The position numbers and the translations under genes were made by a program. Below are positions 7,660 to 16,199 of a DNA stretch of 20,000 nt, in pieces. The notes below the pieces were generated by a model. The model saw only the letters and a list, made by a program, of their open reading frames with translations, ran no database searches and was not told where the DNA came from. Source of the stretch: an uncultured virus (IMG/VR IMGVR_UViG_3300027747_002439) (taxonomy: Duplodnaviria > Heunggongvirae > Uroviricota > Caudoviricetes); IMG/VR virus record IMGVR_UViG_3300027747_002439, positions 54,851-74,850 of that record; one strand, given 5' to 3'. Positions within the stretch are counted from its first letter, which is position 1; each line of letters begins with the position of its first letter.

Positions 7660-9318
7660 ATGCCAATTCTTGGAACTGCCGCTTCAGCGGGAGCGTTGAG
7701 TCGTTTAACACTTGCAGTTGACTACCTTGTTGTTGCAGGTGGTGGTGGTGCAGGATTTGCTGCTTCAAATGCTGGTGGTGGTGGCGGCGGAGCAGGAGGT
7801 TTACGCTCTACTGTTACTGCAACTGGTGGTGGTGGTTCACTAGAAACTGTTTTATCAATGGCACTTAATACTGCATACACAGTAACTGTTGGTGCTGGTG
7901 GTAATGGTGGAATACAATCTTCAACAACTTATGCTACTCAAGGTGGTAATTCTGTATTTTCTACTATAACTTCTATTGGTGGTGGTAAAGGAAGTTCATC
8001 AGGTATTAATTCAGCAAATGCTGCACCTGGTACAGGTGGTAGTGGTGGTGGTGGTACTGGAGATTATTCTGTTGTTTCTACGGGCGCTGCTGGTACAATT
8101 AATCAAGGTTATGCTGGTGGTGATGCTGCTGTTGGAATTAGTGGTTATGACCAAAGTCCTGGCGGTGGCGGTGGCGCTGGTGCTGTTGGTGGTAATTATT
8201 CAACACAAGGTAATGGTGGTAATGGTGTAGCCACATCTATTTCAGGCTCATCAACTACTTATGCTGGTGGTGGTGGTGGTGGTTCATCTTATCGTTACGG
8301 CTCTGCAACTGGCCCTGGTACTGGTGGAACTGGCGGTGGAGCAAATGGAAATACTAACAATGGTTCATCTAATACAGGCGGTGGCGGTGGCGGCGGTGCT
8401 TATCAAGCCAATAAAAATGGAGGCAACGGCGGCTCAGGAATTGTTATAGCCCGATACTCAGGCACTACACAAAAAGCGATTGGTGGAACTGTAACCACAT
8501 CAGGTGGAAATACAATTCACACATTTTTATCTTCAGGTATTTTTTACACTGCTGCACCTAAGGCAACTGGCGGAACTGTAAGTTACGCTGATGGATATGT
8601 GTATCACGCATTTACTGGGTCAGGTACATTTACTCCAACCATATCCTTAAGTGCAGATATATTAGTTGTTGCTGGCGGAGGTGGAACTTCACAAGATTCA
8701 GGTGGCGGTGGTGCTGGTGGATTATTAACTTTTAGTTCTCAATCCCTTACTGCTCAGGCATATACTTGCACAGTAGGTGCAGGTGGTACTACTGCTACTG
8801 ATAATTATGTTGATGATGCAACAAGCGGTAATGATTCTCAATTTGGTTCCTTGACCCTTTGTGTTGGTGGTGGTAGAGCAAGGTATAGAAGCCAAAACCC
8901 TACTGGCGGATCAGGTGCAGGTGGTAACTCTAATAATGGTGGGGGAACTACTAATCCTGGAAGTGGTACTTTTGGACAAGGTAACGCTGGCGGTACTGCT
9001 GCATTTTGTACTGGTGGTGGTGGAGGTGCTGGTGGAGTTGGTGGAAATGCAAACGGTTCAGTAATCGGTGGAACTGGTGGAATTGGTGCAACATCTGCCT
9101 TAATTAACGCAATGGGTTCTGCTACATCAACAGGTCAATTATCGGGTGGTAATTATTATTACGCAGGTGGTGGAGCAGGTTGGTATAACACTCCAGCGCC
9201 AGGTCTTGGTGGTGGTGGAGAACAAAATACAAACGCTCCAGCAAATATGGGCGGTGGCGGTGGCGGTTATAAAGCCAGCGGCGGCTCCGGTATCATAATT
9301 GTTAGATACGCGATTTAA
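7660..9318 (+). CDS. Glycine-rich domain protein with two modules (putative fibre/appendage)
   Basis: Starts MPILGT like 1706..2602 (GAAGGA SD); two LVVAGGG...YAGGG...GGSGI(V/I)I.RY modules. Confidence 0.8.
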   Translation: MPILGTAASAGALSRLTLAVDYLVVAGGGGAGFAASNAGGGGGGAGGLRSTVTATGGGGSLETVLSMALNTAYTVTVGAGGNGGIQSSTTYATQGGNSVFSTITSIGGGKGSSSGINSANAAPGTGGSGGGGTGDYSVVSTGAAGTINQGYAGGDAAVGISGYDQSPGGGGGAGAVGGNYSTQGNGGNGVATSISGSSTTYAGGGGGGSSYRYGSATGPGTGGTGGGANGNTNNGSSNTGGGGGGGAYQANKNGGNGGSGIVIARYSGTTQKAIGGTVTTSGGNTIHTFLSSGIFYTAAPKATGGTVSYADGYVYHAFTGSGTFTPTISLSADILVVAGGGGTSQDSGGGGAGGLLTFSSQSLTAQAYTCTVGAGGTTATDNYVDDATSGNDSQFGSLTLCVGGGRARYRSQNPTGGSGAGGNSNNGGGTTNPGSGTFGQGNAGGTAAFCTGGGGGAGGVGGNANGSVIGGTGGIGATSALINAMGSATSTGQLSGGNYYYAGGGAGWYNTPAPGLGGGGEQNTNAPANMGGGGGGYKASGGSGIIIVRYAI

Positions 9319-9343
9319 TAGACCTATTAACAAGGGAGAAGAC

Positions 9344-9547
9344 ATGGCAAAGGTAACACCTATCAAGGACAAAAAGGTAACGCAGTGCTTCAGCTATGAG
9401 GTCACTATGCTTATCCATATCATTGCGGACGACGAGATCACCGCAAAGAAGCAATTGGACGAAAAGGGCGGAATCGTCACTCGACGTGACGTCAAGCTCG
9501 TCAACGCAGATGTGGTCTACGGGGAAGGTAACCTAGACCCGAAGTAG
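9344..9547 (+). CDS. Hypothetical protein
   Basis: ORF 9299..9547; GGGAG SD favours ATG 9344. Confidence 0.7.
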   Translation: MAKVTPIKDKKVTQCFSYEVTMLIHIIADDEITAKKQLDEKGGIVTRRDVKLVNADVVYGEGNLDPK

Positions 9548-9604
9548 TAAACAAGTACCTGTGATATTATTGGACTAACGCCGTAACCAAGGAGATATAT
9601 AACA

Positions 9605-9946
9605 ATGGCACACTTTGCAGAAATTGACGGAGACAACCTCGTAACACGTGTTCTTGTTGTCCCAGACGAGCAGGAAAACCGCGGAAATGATTACCTAGCT
9701 GCCGACCTCGGTCTTGGTGGCACATGGGTTCAGACATCTTACAACGCGCGTATTCGCAAGAACTACGCAGGAATTGGATACACATTTGATTCCGGCCGCG
9801 ATGCTTTTATTCCACCTAAGCCTTTTGCGTCTTGGGTCTTGAACGAAGAGACATGCAACTGGGACGCACCTGTTGCTCGTCCAGAAGATGACAAGATGTA
9901 CACATGGGATGAAGCTACAACATCTTGGGTTCAGGTAACAGCATAA
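9605..9946 (+). CDS. Phage protein, MAHFAE...WVQTSYN...RKNYAGIG type (putative fibre accessory)
   Basis: AAGGAG SD; tryptophan-repeat C-terminus (SWVLNEETCNWDAP, YTWDEATTSW). Confidence 0.75.
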   Translation: MAHFAEIDGDNLVTRVLVVPDEQENRGNDYLAADLGLGGTWVQTSYNARIRKNYAGIGYTFDSGRDAFIPPKPFASWVLNEETCNWDAPVARPEDDKMYTWDEATTSWVQVTA

Positions 9947-10182
9947 TGTCAGATACACCAACAAAGATCGTAGTTGATTGCTCAACAGGCGAACAACAGA
10001 TCCTTGAACTTACAGCAGCTGAAATCGCTCAGCGTGACCAAGATGCAGCAGATGCTGCAGCTCGTCGCGAAGAGGAAGAAGCTGCAGCCGCGGCACTCGC
10101 AGCTCTGAAGGCTTCAGCTAAGGCTAAGCTTGTTGCAGGAACACCTTTGACAGAAGAAGAAGCTGCTACACTAGTTATCTAG
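9946..10182 (+). CDS. Hypothetical protein (fibre-chaperone-like)
   Basis: TAATG coupling; VDCSTGEQ..ELTAAEIAQR...AKAKL...LTEEEA. Confidence 0.7.
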   Translation: MSDTPTKIVVDCSTGEQQILELTAAEIAQRDQDAADAAARREEEEAAAAALAALKASAKAKLVAGTPLTEEEAATLVI

Positions 10183-10183
10183 T

Positions 10184-10390
10184 TTAAGCGTCTTTTGGCG
10201 GAAGTATGTCCAGCTTGTCATAGACGGCTGTTGCCGCCTCCCAGATTGTTTCGCTGTGCACGAACGCATGTATGTCACATAGAAAGATTATCTTGTTTTT
10301 AATCTCAGCCTTCACCGCAGCAAAGGACGGGCAGAGATCACAGACGTCACTAGGAACTATCGGAGAGATGACTCCATAGGTCAAGGGCAT
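10184..10390 (-). CDS. Small Cys/His protein (CDLC...LCDIH)
   Basis: Start moved to ATG 10390 (TATTAT 6 nt upstream); the longer ORF-track call overlaps the tRNA. Confidence 0.7.
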   Translation of the reverse strand: MPLTYGVISPIVPSDVCDLCPSFAAVKAEIKNKIIFLCDIHAFVHSETIWEAATAVYDKLDILPPKDA

Positions 10391-10413
10391 GACTTTATAA
10401 TATCGTGAACCAG

Positions 10414-10486
10414 AGCGGACGACCGGGTTTGAACCGGCGACCTGAACCTTGGCAAGGTTCCGCGCTACCAACTGCGCTACGTCCGC
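10414..10486 (-). tRNA. tRNA-Gly (anticodon GCC), CCA not encoded
   Basis: GCGGACG/CGTCCGC acceptor stem, U73, D-arm GCGC-AGTTGGTA-GCGC, anticodon arm GAACC-TTGCCAA-GGTTC, T-arm GCCGG-TTCAAAC-CCGGT. Confidence 0.97.
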
Positions 10487-10492
10487 GTTGTA

Positions 10493-10633
10493 CTATCTGT
10501 TTACTATAACCTTTTCCCAATCAGAGTTACAATCATAGCAGGTATCATCACCGTCGATGGTAAGCTGGTCTGACACAACTCCGTAGGCTTTACCCTTGCA
10601 GTTAGGACAAAAGAACGTGAATTGAACTGTCAC
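10493..10633 (-). CDS. 46-aa zinc-ribbon microprotein
   Basis: Manual translation MTVQFTFFCPNCKGKAYGVVSDQLTIDGDDTCYDCNSDWEKVIVNR; GTGA overlap with the upstream stop. Confidence 0.7.
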   Translation of the reverse strand: MTVQFTFFCPNCKGKAYGVVSDQLTIDGDDTCYDCNSDWEKVIVNR

Positions 10634-10887
10634 TCTTCATCCTCTACAATCAACTCATCGTGCGGGACGTAAACAATACAGGGGAGTCTTTTATCTCCAA
10701 GAACTGGTTGCCATTCCTGCGTTGGGTAGTACATATCTTCATATAGCTCTTTTACAAGCGTTGACCAGCTATATTTCCAAGATCCATCTGAGCCAACCAT
10801 GCCCCAGCCCTTTGGATCTTTTTGCCAGGCGCTTCCGTTTCTAGCGACGACTACCGAGCCAATTGGAGGCTCCTTCATTTTCTTCAT
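10630..10887 (-). CDS. Hypothetical tryptophan-rich phage protein
   Basis: EPPIGSVV...AWQK...W...SW..L pattern; ATGA coupling. Confidence 0.7.
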   Translation of the reverse strand: MKKMKEPPIGSVVVARNGSAWQKDPKGWGMVGSDGSWKYSWSTLVKELYEDMYYPTQEWQPVLGDKRLPCIVYVPHDELIVEDEE

Positions 10888-11099
10888 AACCGCTCTGCAC
10901 GTCTCCAGTGTAGATATGATTTAACATATACCGCGGAGTAAGCGGTGGCTGCAAAGATAAATCCGTATTGATCTGTCGCAAGAGCGTACACAATCCAGAT
11001 ACACTCGTTAGTTAAAAGAACAAGCCAACCCCATATAGTCTTGCGACCTACAAAGTATATCCCTGTCACACCTATCACCGCAAGTACCCAGGACCACAT
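10884..11099 (-). CDS. Small 3-TM membrane protein, PnuC/SemiSWEET-like half-transporter
   Basis: WSWVL..IG..G...GRK..WGW.....E.IWIVYA....QYGF; TGATG coupling gives start 11099. Confidence 0.6.
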   Translation of the reverse strand: MWSWVLAVIGVTGIYFVGRKTIWGWLVLLTNECIWIVYALATDQYGFIFAATAYSAVYVKSYLHWRRAERL

Positions 11100-11191
11100 C
11101 AATTAAGTTCCTTCCCGTCATCTGTAGCTCCGCAAATAGAGCAGGTAACCTGTCCGTCTAAATCTTGCACGAAGTCGTGCTTGTGCGTCAT
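11099..11191 (-). CDS. 30-aa HxH/CxxC microprotein (in-frame alternative start at 11272)
   Basis: Manual translation MTHKHDFVQDLDGQVTCSICGATDDGKELN; GAAGGA SD. Confidence 0.55.
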   Translation of the reverse strand: MTHKHDFVQDLDGQVTCSICGATDDGKELN

Positions 11192-11284
11192 TAGATCCTT
11201 CTTAACCTGTTCATCAAGAGAGGATGGCACCCTTCTGAATACGTGACAAAAAAGTCTGGTCGGGGCGCTCATTTATACTTCTTT

Positions 11285-11908
11285 TTACTTCGTGTTGATA
11301 TCTCTATAAGGGCAAAAGGTATGAGAAAGCTGGCAAGGTGTAGTTGCATCAGGGCTACAAGTTTTGCATACCTTAACTGCCGGGGACCAGTACTGCGTCG
11401 CATTAGTGGGCACTTTATCTGTGTAAGAAATGGTAATTATGTATCTTTTGCCAGATATTACTGGATTTACCCCGTGTAGGTACGGTGTTGGGAAATAAAT
11501 AAGTTCATACTTTTCTGGTCTGTAAGTGTATCCACCATCGATTTCTGGGAAAGATAGTTCTCCGCCTTCGTACTCATCATTTAGATATATGACTGTGCTT
11601 ATCGTCTCAGACTCATCTTCAACGTCTCTATGAACTTTCATGAAGGCGCCCTCTTCGTACAGCCCTACTAAGTTTTCTGCTACGTAAAGTTCTTCTTGAT
11701 CAATAAATTTATTAGAATACTTTTTTACAAAATCAATCAAGACAGGGTTATCAGAGTTGTATAGTCTAAAAGTGCCGTCTCCTCTTTCGTTATTTAGTTG
11801 ATCTTTTAATTTTAACTCTTCCATCAAGTTAATCAATGCTTGAGCGTCCGACGGTTCAACATAGTTTTTTATTGATTTTATTTGCTCTTTATCCATAAGC
11901 TTTGTCAT
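11285..11908 (-). CDS. 2OG-Fe(II) oxygenase (prolyl-4-hydroxylase-like) with a Cys-rich tail
   Basis: HRD, VIYLNDEYEGGEL, HGV and GKRY motifs; ATGA coupling suggests start 11908. Confidence 0.88.
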   Translation of the reverse strand: MTKLMDKEQIKSIKNYVEPSDAQALINLMEELKLKDQLNNERGDGTFRLYNSDNPVLIDFVKKYSNKFIDQEELYVAENLVGLYEEGAFMKVHRDVEDESETISTVIYLNDEYEGGELSFPEIDGGYTYRPEKYELIYFPTPYLHGVNPVISGKRYIITISYTDKVPTNATQYWSPAVKVCKTCSPDATTPCQLSHTFCPYRDINTK

Positions 11909-12099
11909 TTGCATGACGAACAGTAGAAGGGAACGCGAAGGTTATCTTTGTTGGTGGTGACAACAATGCAGCACTTAGAACACTTTGCGTGGATAAGATC
12001 CTTGCTATTAAACTTGCTTAACTTAAAAACAGTCGACCCCGTGTAATAAACCTTAGTCGCATACCACGTAACAAGCATGGCGAAAATTGTAGTTAGCAT
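11905..12099 (-). CDS. Membrane-anchored zinc-ribbon protein
   Basis: Hydrophobic N-terminus; CSKC...YCSSCK. Confidence 0.65.
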   Translation of the reverse strand: MLTTIFAMLVTWYATKVYYTGSTVFKLSKFNSKDLIHAKCSKCCIVVTTNKDNLRVPFYCSSCK

Positions 12100-12101
12100 A
12101 A

Positions 12102-12581
12102 TTACTTCTTGCCTTCCTGCACGCGCATAGCGTGACGCTGAACGGCGTAATAGAGAGGAGCGGATGATGAAAGACCTAGCGCCTTAGAGACGGTAGCAAG
12201 GGAGATGCCCGCGTGGTACGCATCATGCAACTCTTGATGGTAATCCTCGGTTGACGTATCACGTGCCTTTAGAATGGACTCAAGTGACTTAGCGATGGTC
12301 TCCTCGGTCGCGCGTGAACGGTTTTTACGAGCTACAGGGGGAATGGCCGAGGTGAAAACTCTCCGCCGCAGGCCGGAATAGGCAACACCTAACTTCTCTG
12401 AGAGAGCAACGAGGGATCCACCCTTAGAGTAGTATTCCTTAATTAGCTCTGTGTACTTGGCGGATGCCCTGTGGGCAGGGGTTGCCTGTCCGCGAAGTCC
12501 GTAGGCCTTCTTTGCAAGCTCAAGGTGAGGCGCAATTTTAGCCGCGTACTTTTCGGTAATCTCTTCAAACTGTTTGCTCAT
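12102..12581 (-). CDS. Basic protein with two helix-turn-helix-like repeats
   Basis: GGSLVALSEKLGVAYSGLRRRV and GISLATVSKALGLSSSAPLYYAV; ATGA coupling gives start 12581. Confidence 0.7.
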   Translation of the reverse strand: MSKQFEEITEKYAAKIAPHLELAKKAYGLRGQATPAHRASAKYTELIKEYYSKGGSLVALSEKLGVAYSGLRRRVFTSAIPPVARKNRSRATEETIAKSLESILKARDTSTEDYHQELHDAYHAGISLATVSKALGLSSSAPLYYAVQRHAMRVQEGKK

Positions 12582-12892
12582 TGTGGGTTTCCTGATTCTG
12601 TCATCACTCGGACTGCGGGTATACTCCATAGGTTGGATTTAATAATTGTCTGCATTGCATCATGCACCGCGATTGACGCCTTTTTCATATTAGCGTTATC
12701 GGGGTCGGGGATAGTAAGATCATACTCAAAGGACGCAACGATTCCACGGTAGTCATCATTTGGCTCGACGTTAATGGTCTTTGTCTTGATATCTACAAAG
12801 GGAAGAAGAGAGGTAGCCTCTACAGCATTGTTAAATGCTTTCTCGGCAATATCTTCATCAACGTTGACTACGTATACAACAAGTCTTTTCAT
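12578..12892 (-). CDS. Hypothetical protein
   Basis: GAGGAG SD and upstream TATAAT on - strand. Confidence 0.75.
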   Translation of the reverse strand: MKRLVVYVVNVDEDIAEKAFNNAVEATSLLPFVDIKTKTINVEPNDDYRGIVASFEYDLTIPDPDNANMKKASIAVHDAMQTIIKSNLWSIPAVRVMTESGNPQ

Positions 12893-12973
12893 CTATAATC
12901 TCTCCTCGTTATTGATTAACGAGTTAAATTATATACAGGAAACGCGTATTTATTATAATTTTAAAGAAGAGGA

Positions 12974-13159
12974 TTATCCCTCTGTATCTTCATCATCCTT
13001 AGGATTACGAAGAGGGTAGGTAGCTATCCAAAACGCAGAGGTAGCAATGATTGCATATCCTGTAATGGTCTTTGCAGATCCATCAAGCACAAGCCAAGCT
13101 ACGAACATGCCAAGGAGAGTCCATGCTTGGTCTACAATGTCGCGGAAGAGATCTTTCAT
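12974..13159 (-). CDS. Small 2-TM membrane protein
   Basis: DQAWTLLGMFVAWLVLDGSAK; TAAGGAG SD and TAGAAT upstream. Confidence 0.75.
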   Translation of the reverse strand: MKDLFRDIVDQAWTLLGMFVAWLVLDGSAKTITGYAIIATSAFWIATYPLRNPKDDEDTEG

Positions 13160-13190
13160 TATTTTTGCTCCTTAAGTTGCATATTCTATA

Positions 13191-15908
13191 TTATTTTCTT
13201 GGGGTTCTATTGGTTGTACGACGTCGGCCAATCTTCTTTCCTTTGCCATCTCCTGATGATCCACCTCCACCACCTCCCCCTCCAGAGGAGCCACCGCTAG
13301 ATGATGAGCCGCCGCGTGAAGCAGAGCCTGCTGCAGATGTTGCTGCACCTGCCGCTGCTTGAATTGCAGCTCCTGCGGCAACAACAGTTGCCACAACCGC
13401 TTCCTTAGACTGCTTACGTTCTTCATCAGACATATCCGCGCCTAGATTAGAAAGCGCTGTAAGAACCTGTCCAGGGTCTGTTAAGGCCGCCGCAAGGAGT
13501 TGCCCTGGGTCTGCTAACACTTCAAACGCTGCCTGAACTTCAGCAACGATAACTACTCCGTTTGCAAGTTCAACCGGTGTATCAGGAGGTAAATCTTTGT
13601 AGTCAATTCCAGAAGCTGCCATCGCGGACGCAGGAATTGCATCACCGTTGTTTGTAAATGCAGCAACAAGAACTCCTGCAACCGCAGTTTTCTCTGACGC
13701 AGATAGTTCTCCTCCTCCAGAGATTTGAGCTACAACATCTCTAATCTCCGCGACAGAAACTTTTCCATCAGCCGCAAGTGATTCTCCAACAGCCCTTGCT
13801 TCACTCGCAGAAACTCTGCCATCTGCAAGAGCTTCTACCGTGCTTTCATGAGCAGATGGTATAGGATCTGGCTTAGGTTCTTTCACAGGAGGTTCTAATG
13901 GTGTTGGTGGTTCGACGGGTTCTGGCTCTGGTGTTGGCGGTTCCACTGGTTGTGGTGGTTGTTCCGGCTCTGTTGGTGGCTGTGGTTTTGGGTCTACTGG
14001 GGTATCTGGGTCGACTGGTGTTTCAGGCTTTGGAATTGGCGGTGCAGGGACTTCAGGTGTTGGCGCAGGTATCTCCTCGGTCGGAGGAGTAGGTGGCTCT
14101 ACAGGAGCTTGAGCTACTGGTTCAGGAGTTGGAGCTGGGGGTTCTGGTGCTTGAGGAGCGTTTACAGACGCTGCTGCTGCTGCTGCTGCTTGTGCAGCGT
14201 TAGCCGCTGCTTGTTGAGCAGCAAGTTGCTCCGCTAAAACTCTTGCAGCTTCAACTGCAGACTGTATGGCAGCTGCCTGCGTAACAACTACTTGAGCCGC
14301 CGTGATAGCAGTAGGTGCGGCAACAACAACATCAACTGCAGATGAAACTGCAGCAAGTGATTCAGTCTTAGTAGTTAACGTCGTAGTTGCAGTTTGCAAA
14401 GCTGCAACCGTATTTGAAGAGACTATCGTGATAGGAGCGAGAGCTGCTACCGCAGAAGTAGTAGTGGCATTTTGAGCAACAATCGCTGTAACCTGTGTGT
14501 TAAGCGCTGCGATCTGCGCGTTGGCTGTGTTGATAGCCGCTTGAATAGTAGCGGTGCTTGAGTCTGGAGTTGGCGTAAATGCAGCTCCTTGACTGATTGT
14601 TCCATTAAATCCAGGTCCCGAGTTTGTGTCCGCTATAGCGGTAACTGCTCCGCCGGTAGTTTCTCGCATGTTAAACCTTGCGCCATTCGGAATTAGACCG
14701 GTAACGTTTACATCCGCTGCCCATGCGCCGTCTTGTGGATTAACGTCCGCGTTAAATCTAATCTGTGTCATCTGAGTATCGGCAGTTCTTAGAGGAAAGA
14801 CGCGAACGTCCCACGCGATAGATAGGGTATTAGTTGTTGTCGAGTAGGTAACTCCGGATCCGTTACTCCACGTCGTCCAGTCATATCCCGCGATAGAAAT
14901 TGAAGGTGCGTTAGGAGTGGAGTAATAATTTTGTCCTTCGTTGACACCAAAGGTAATCGTTGCGTTAGAACCAACATAAACATTTGTGTAAACGGTGTTT
15001 CCCATGCGTAGGTTAAACGGTAGGTTCATGCGAACCCCTGCATCGTCTGTATTTGCTAAAACGTTTGTAGACGTTCCGATGGTTGCAGCCAATGCGTTAA
15101 CTGCGTCCTGCGCTGTGTTGATTGCGACGTTAGCCTGAGTTAACTGAGTCTGCGCCTCTGTTCGTGCAGGAGCTATAGCAGCTACCGCTGTTGTTGCAGC
15201 TGCGATGGACGCAGTTGCGGATTCAATTGCGGTGGACGCTGTTTGAATTGCAGTGGACGCTGTCGCCGCCCGGGCAGTCTCTGTTGCAATCGCGGTAACA
15301 ACCGCGGAGGTTGTCGCTAAAGGCTCTGCCGCTATAGTGTTGGCAGCCGCTATAACTGTTGCAGTTGCGCTTTCTACAACCGCTGTTGCGTTTGTAATCG
15401 CAGTCTGCGCGGTAGTGATCTCGGGTGTAGACGCGGTAATAGTCACGGGTATCGCCGCGATAGCGGTAGCAACCTGTGTTACGGCAGCTGTAACGGTAGC
15501 AGCTGTCGCAGTTGCTGTATCGGTAACCGTTGAGGTATTTGCAACTGCTGCAACCGCTGTGACCGCGGTGGAGACGGCGGTGGTTGCGGTGGCAACCGCG
15601 GTGTTAGAGGCAGTGACTAATGGCTGTGCGATAGCGACGGTAGCGGCAGCGGTATCGGACGCAGCCGCTGCCTGGGTAACTTCAGTTGTGGCGGTAGCCA
15701 GTGCGGTGTTGACCGCCTGCTGTGCAGGGCTAACAACTACCTGCTCAGACGGTGCAGGAACCGTATCCTCGGCGTACGCCAAGGATTGTCCTAATAGATA
15801 TAGTGTAGCGCTTAGAAGAAGGGTAGCAAAAAATCTATAAGATATGTTGCTCTTCCTGTGTTGCTTATGTGTCTCGTGCTCTCCCCCACGGTGAGCTTTA
15901 CGGGGCAC
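13191..15908 (-). CDS. 905-aa exported/membrane protein: Ala/Thr helical stalk, nidogen(NIDO)-like beta domain, Pro-rich linker, helical C-domain
   Basis: Signal-like segment ending AYA; DDAGVRMNLPF...YTNVYVGSNATITFG; PEP/PTP repeats; C-terminal hydrophobic segment followed by a Gly/Ser and basic tail; TAAGGA SD. Confidence 0.75.
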   Translation of the reverse strand: MPRKAHRGGEHETHKQHRKSNISYRFFATLLLSATLYLLGQSLAYAEDTVPAPSEQVVVSPAQQAVNTALATATTEVTQAAAASDTAAATVAIAQPLVTASNTAVATATTAVSTAVTAVAAVANTSTVTDTATATAATVTAAVTQVATAIAAIPVTITASTPEITTAQTAITNATAVVESATATVIAAANTIAAEPLATTSAVVTAIATETARAATASTAIQTASTAIESATASIAAATTAVAAIAPARTEAQTQLTQANVAINTAQDAVNALAATIGTSTNVLANTDDAGVRMNLPFNLRMGNTVYTNVYVGSNATITFGVNEGQNYYSTPNAPSISIAGYDWTTWSNGSGVTYSTTTNTLSIAWDVRVFPLRTADTQMTQIRFNADVNPQDGAWAADVNVTGLIPNGARFNMRETTGGAVTAIADTNSGPGFNGTISQGAAFTPTPDSSTATIQAAINTANAQIAALNTQVTAIVAQNATTTSAVAALAPITIVSSNTVAALQTATTTLTTKTESLAAVSSAVDVVVAAPTAITAAQVVVTQAAAIQSAVEAARVLAEQLAAQQAAANAAQAAAAAAASVNAPQAPEPPAPTPEPVAQAPVEPPTPPTEEIPAPTPEVPAPPIPKPETPVDPDTPVDPKPQPPTEPEQPPQPVEPPTPEPEPVEPPTPLEPPVKEPKPDPIPSAHESTVEALADGRVSASEARAVGESLAADGKVSVAEIRDVVAQISGGGELSASEKTAVAGVLVAAFTNNGDAIPASAMAASGIDYKDLPPDTPVELANGVVIVAEVQAAFEVLADPGQLLAAALTDPGQVLTALSNLGADMSDEERKQSKEAVVATVVAAGAAIQAAAGAATSAAGSASRGGSSSSGGSSGGGGGGGGSSGDGKGKKIGRRRTTNRTPRK

Positions 15909-15916
15909 TTTTTTCC

Positions 15917-16168
15917 TTAGTCTAGTTGTTTATTGCTTCTATCTGATGGGTGAGCTTTCTTGTCAAGTTCCTGCCAGGTAATATTGGATATTCTGTCTGA
16001 GAGGAGTACAACCTCGTTAAGAAGATCCTGTGCCTGGATAGCTAGGTCTGCGCGAAGCTCTATAGAACCTGGGTCCTCTAGCTCTAAGAGTAGGGTACGG
16101 ATTGTGTAGGTACATGCCTGCATACGGTTCATCGCCTGGTAGTGCGCGGTCGAATTGCCGATAATCAT
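15917..16168 (-). CDS. Hypothetical helical protein
   Basis: ORF with TAAAAT 6 nt upstream of ATG on - strand. Confidence 0.65.
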   Translation of the reverse strand: MIIGNSTAHYQAMNRMQACTYTIRTLLLELEDPGSIELRADLAIQAQDLLNEVVLLSDRISNITWQELDKKAHPSDRSNKQLD

Positions 16169-16199
16169 AGGAGGATTTTAACGTGAAATCTTCACCGCG

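Noticed and set aside
1706..9318. Diversity-generating retroelement TR/VR pair among the glycine-rich genes
   Set aside because: No reverse transcriptase in the window and no near-identical nucleotide repeat with A-specific mismatches was seen.
10391..10471. N-terminal extension of ORF 10184..10471
   Set aside because: Overlaps the tRNA-Gly; the real start is more plausibly ATG 10390.
10414..10486. tRNA as a prophage attachment site
   Set aside because: No integrase or duplicated tRNA 3' end in the window, and phage-like genes lie on both sides.
13898..15840. Plus-strand ORFs 13898..14092, 13950..14237 and 15253..15840
   Set aside because: Shadow frames of the low-complexity 905-aa gene on -.
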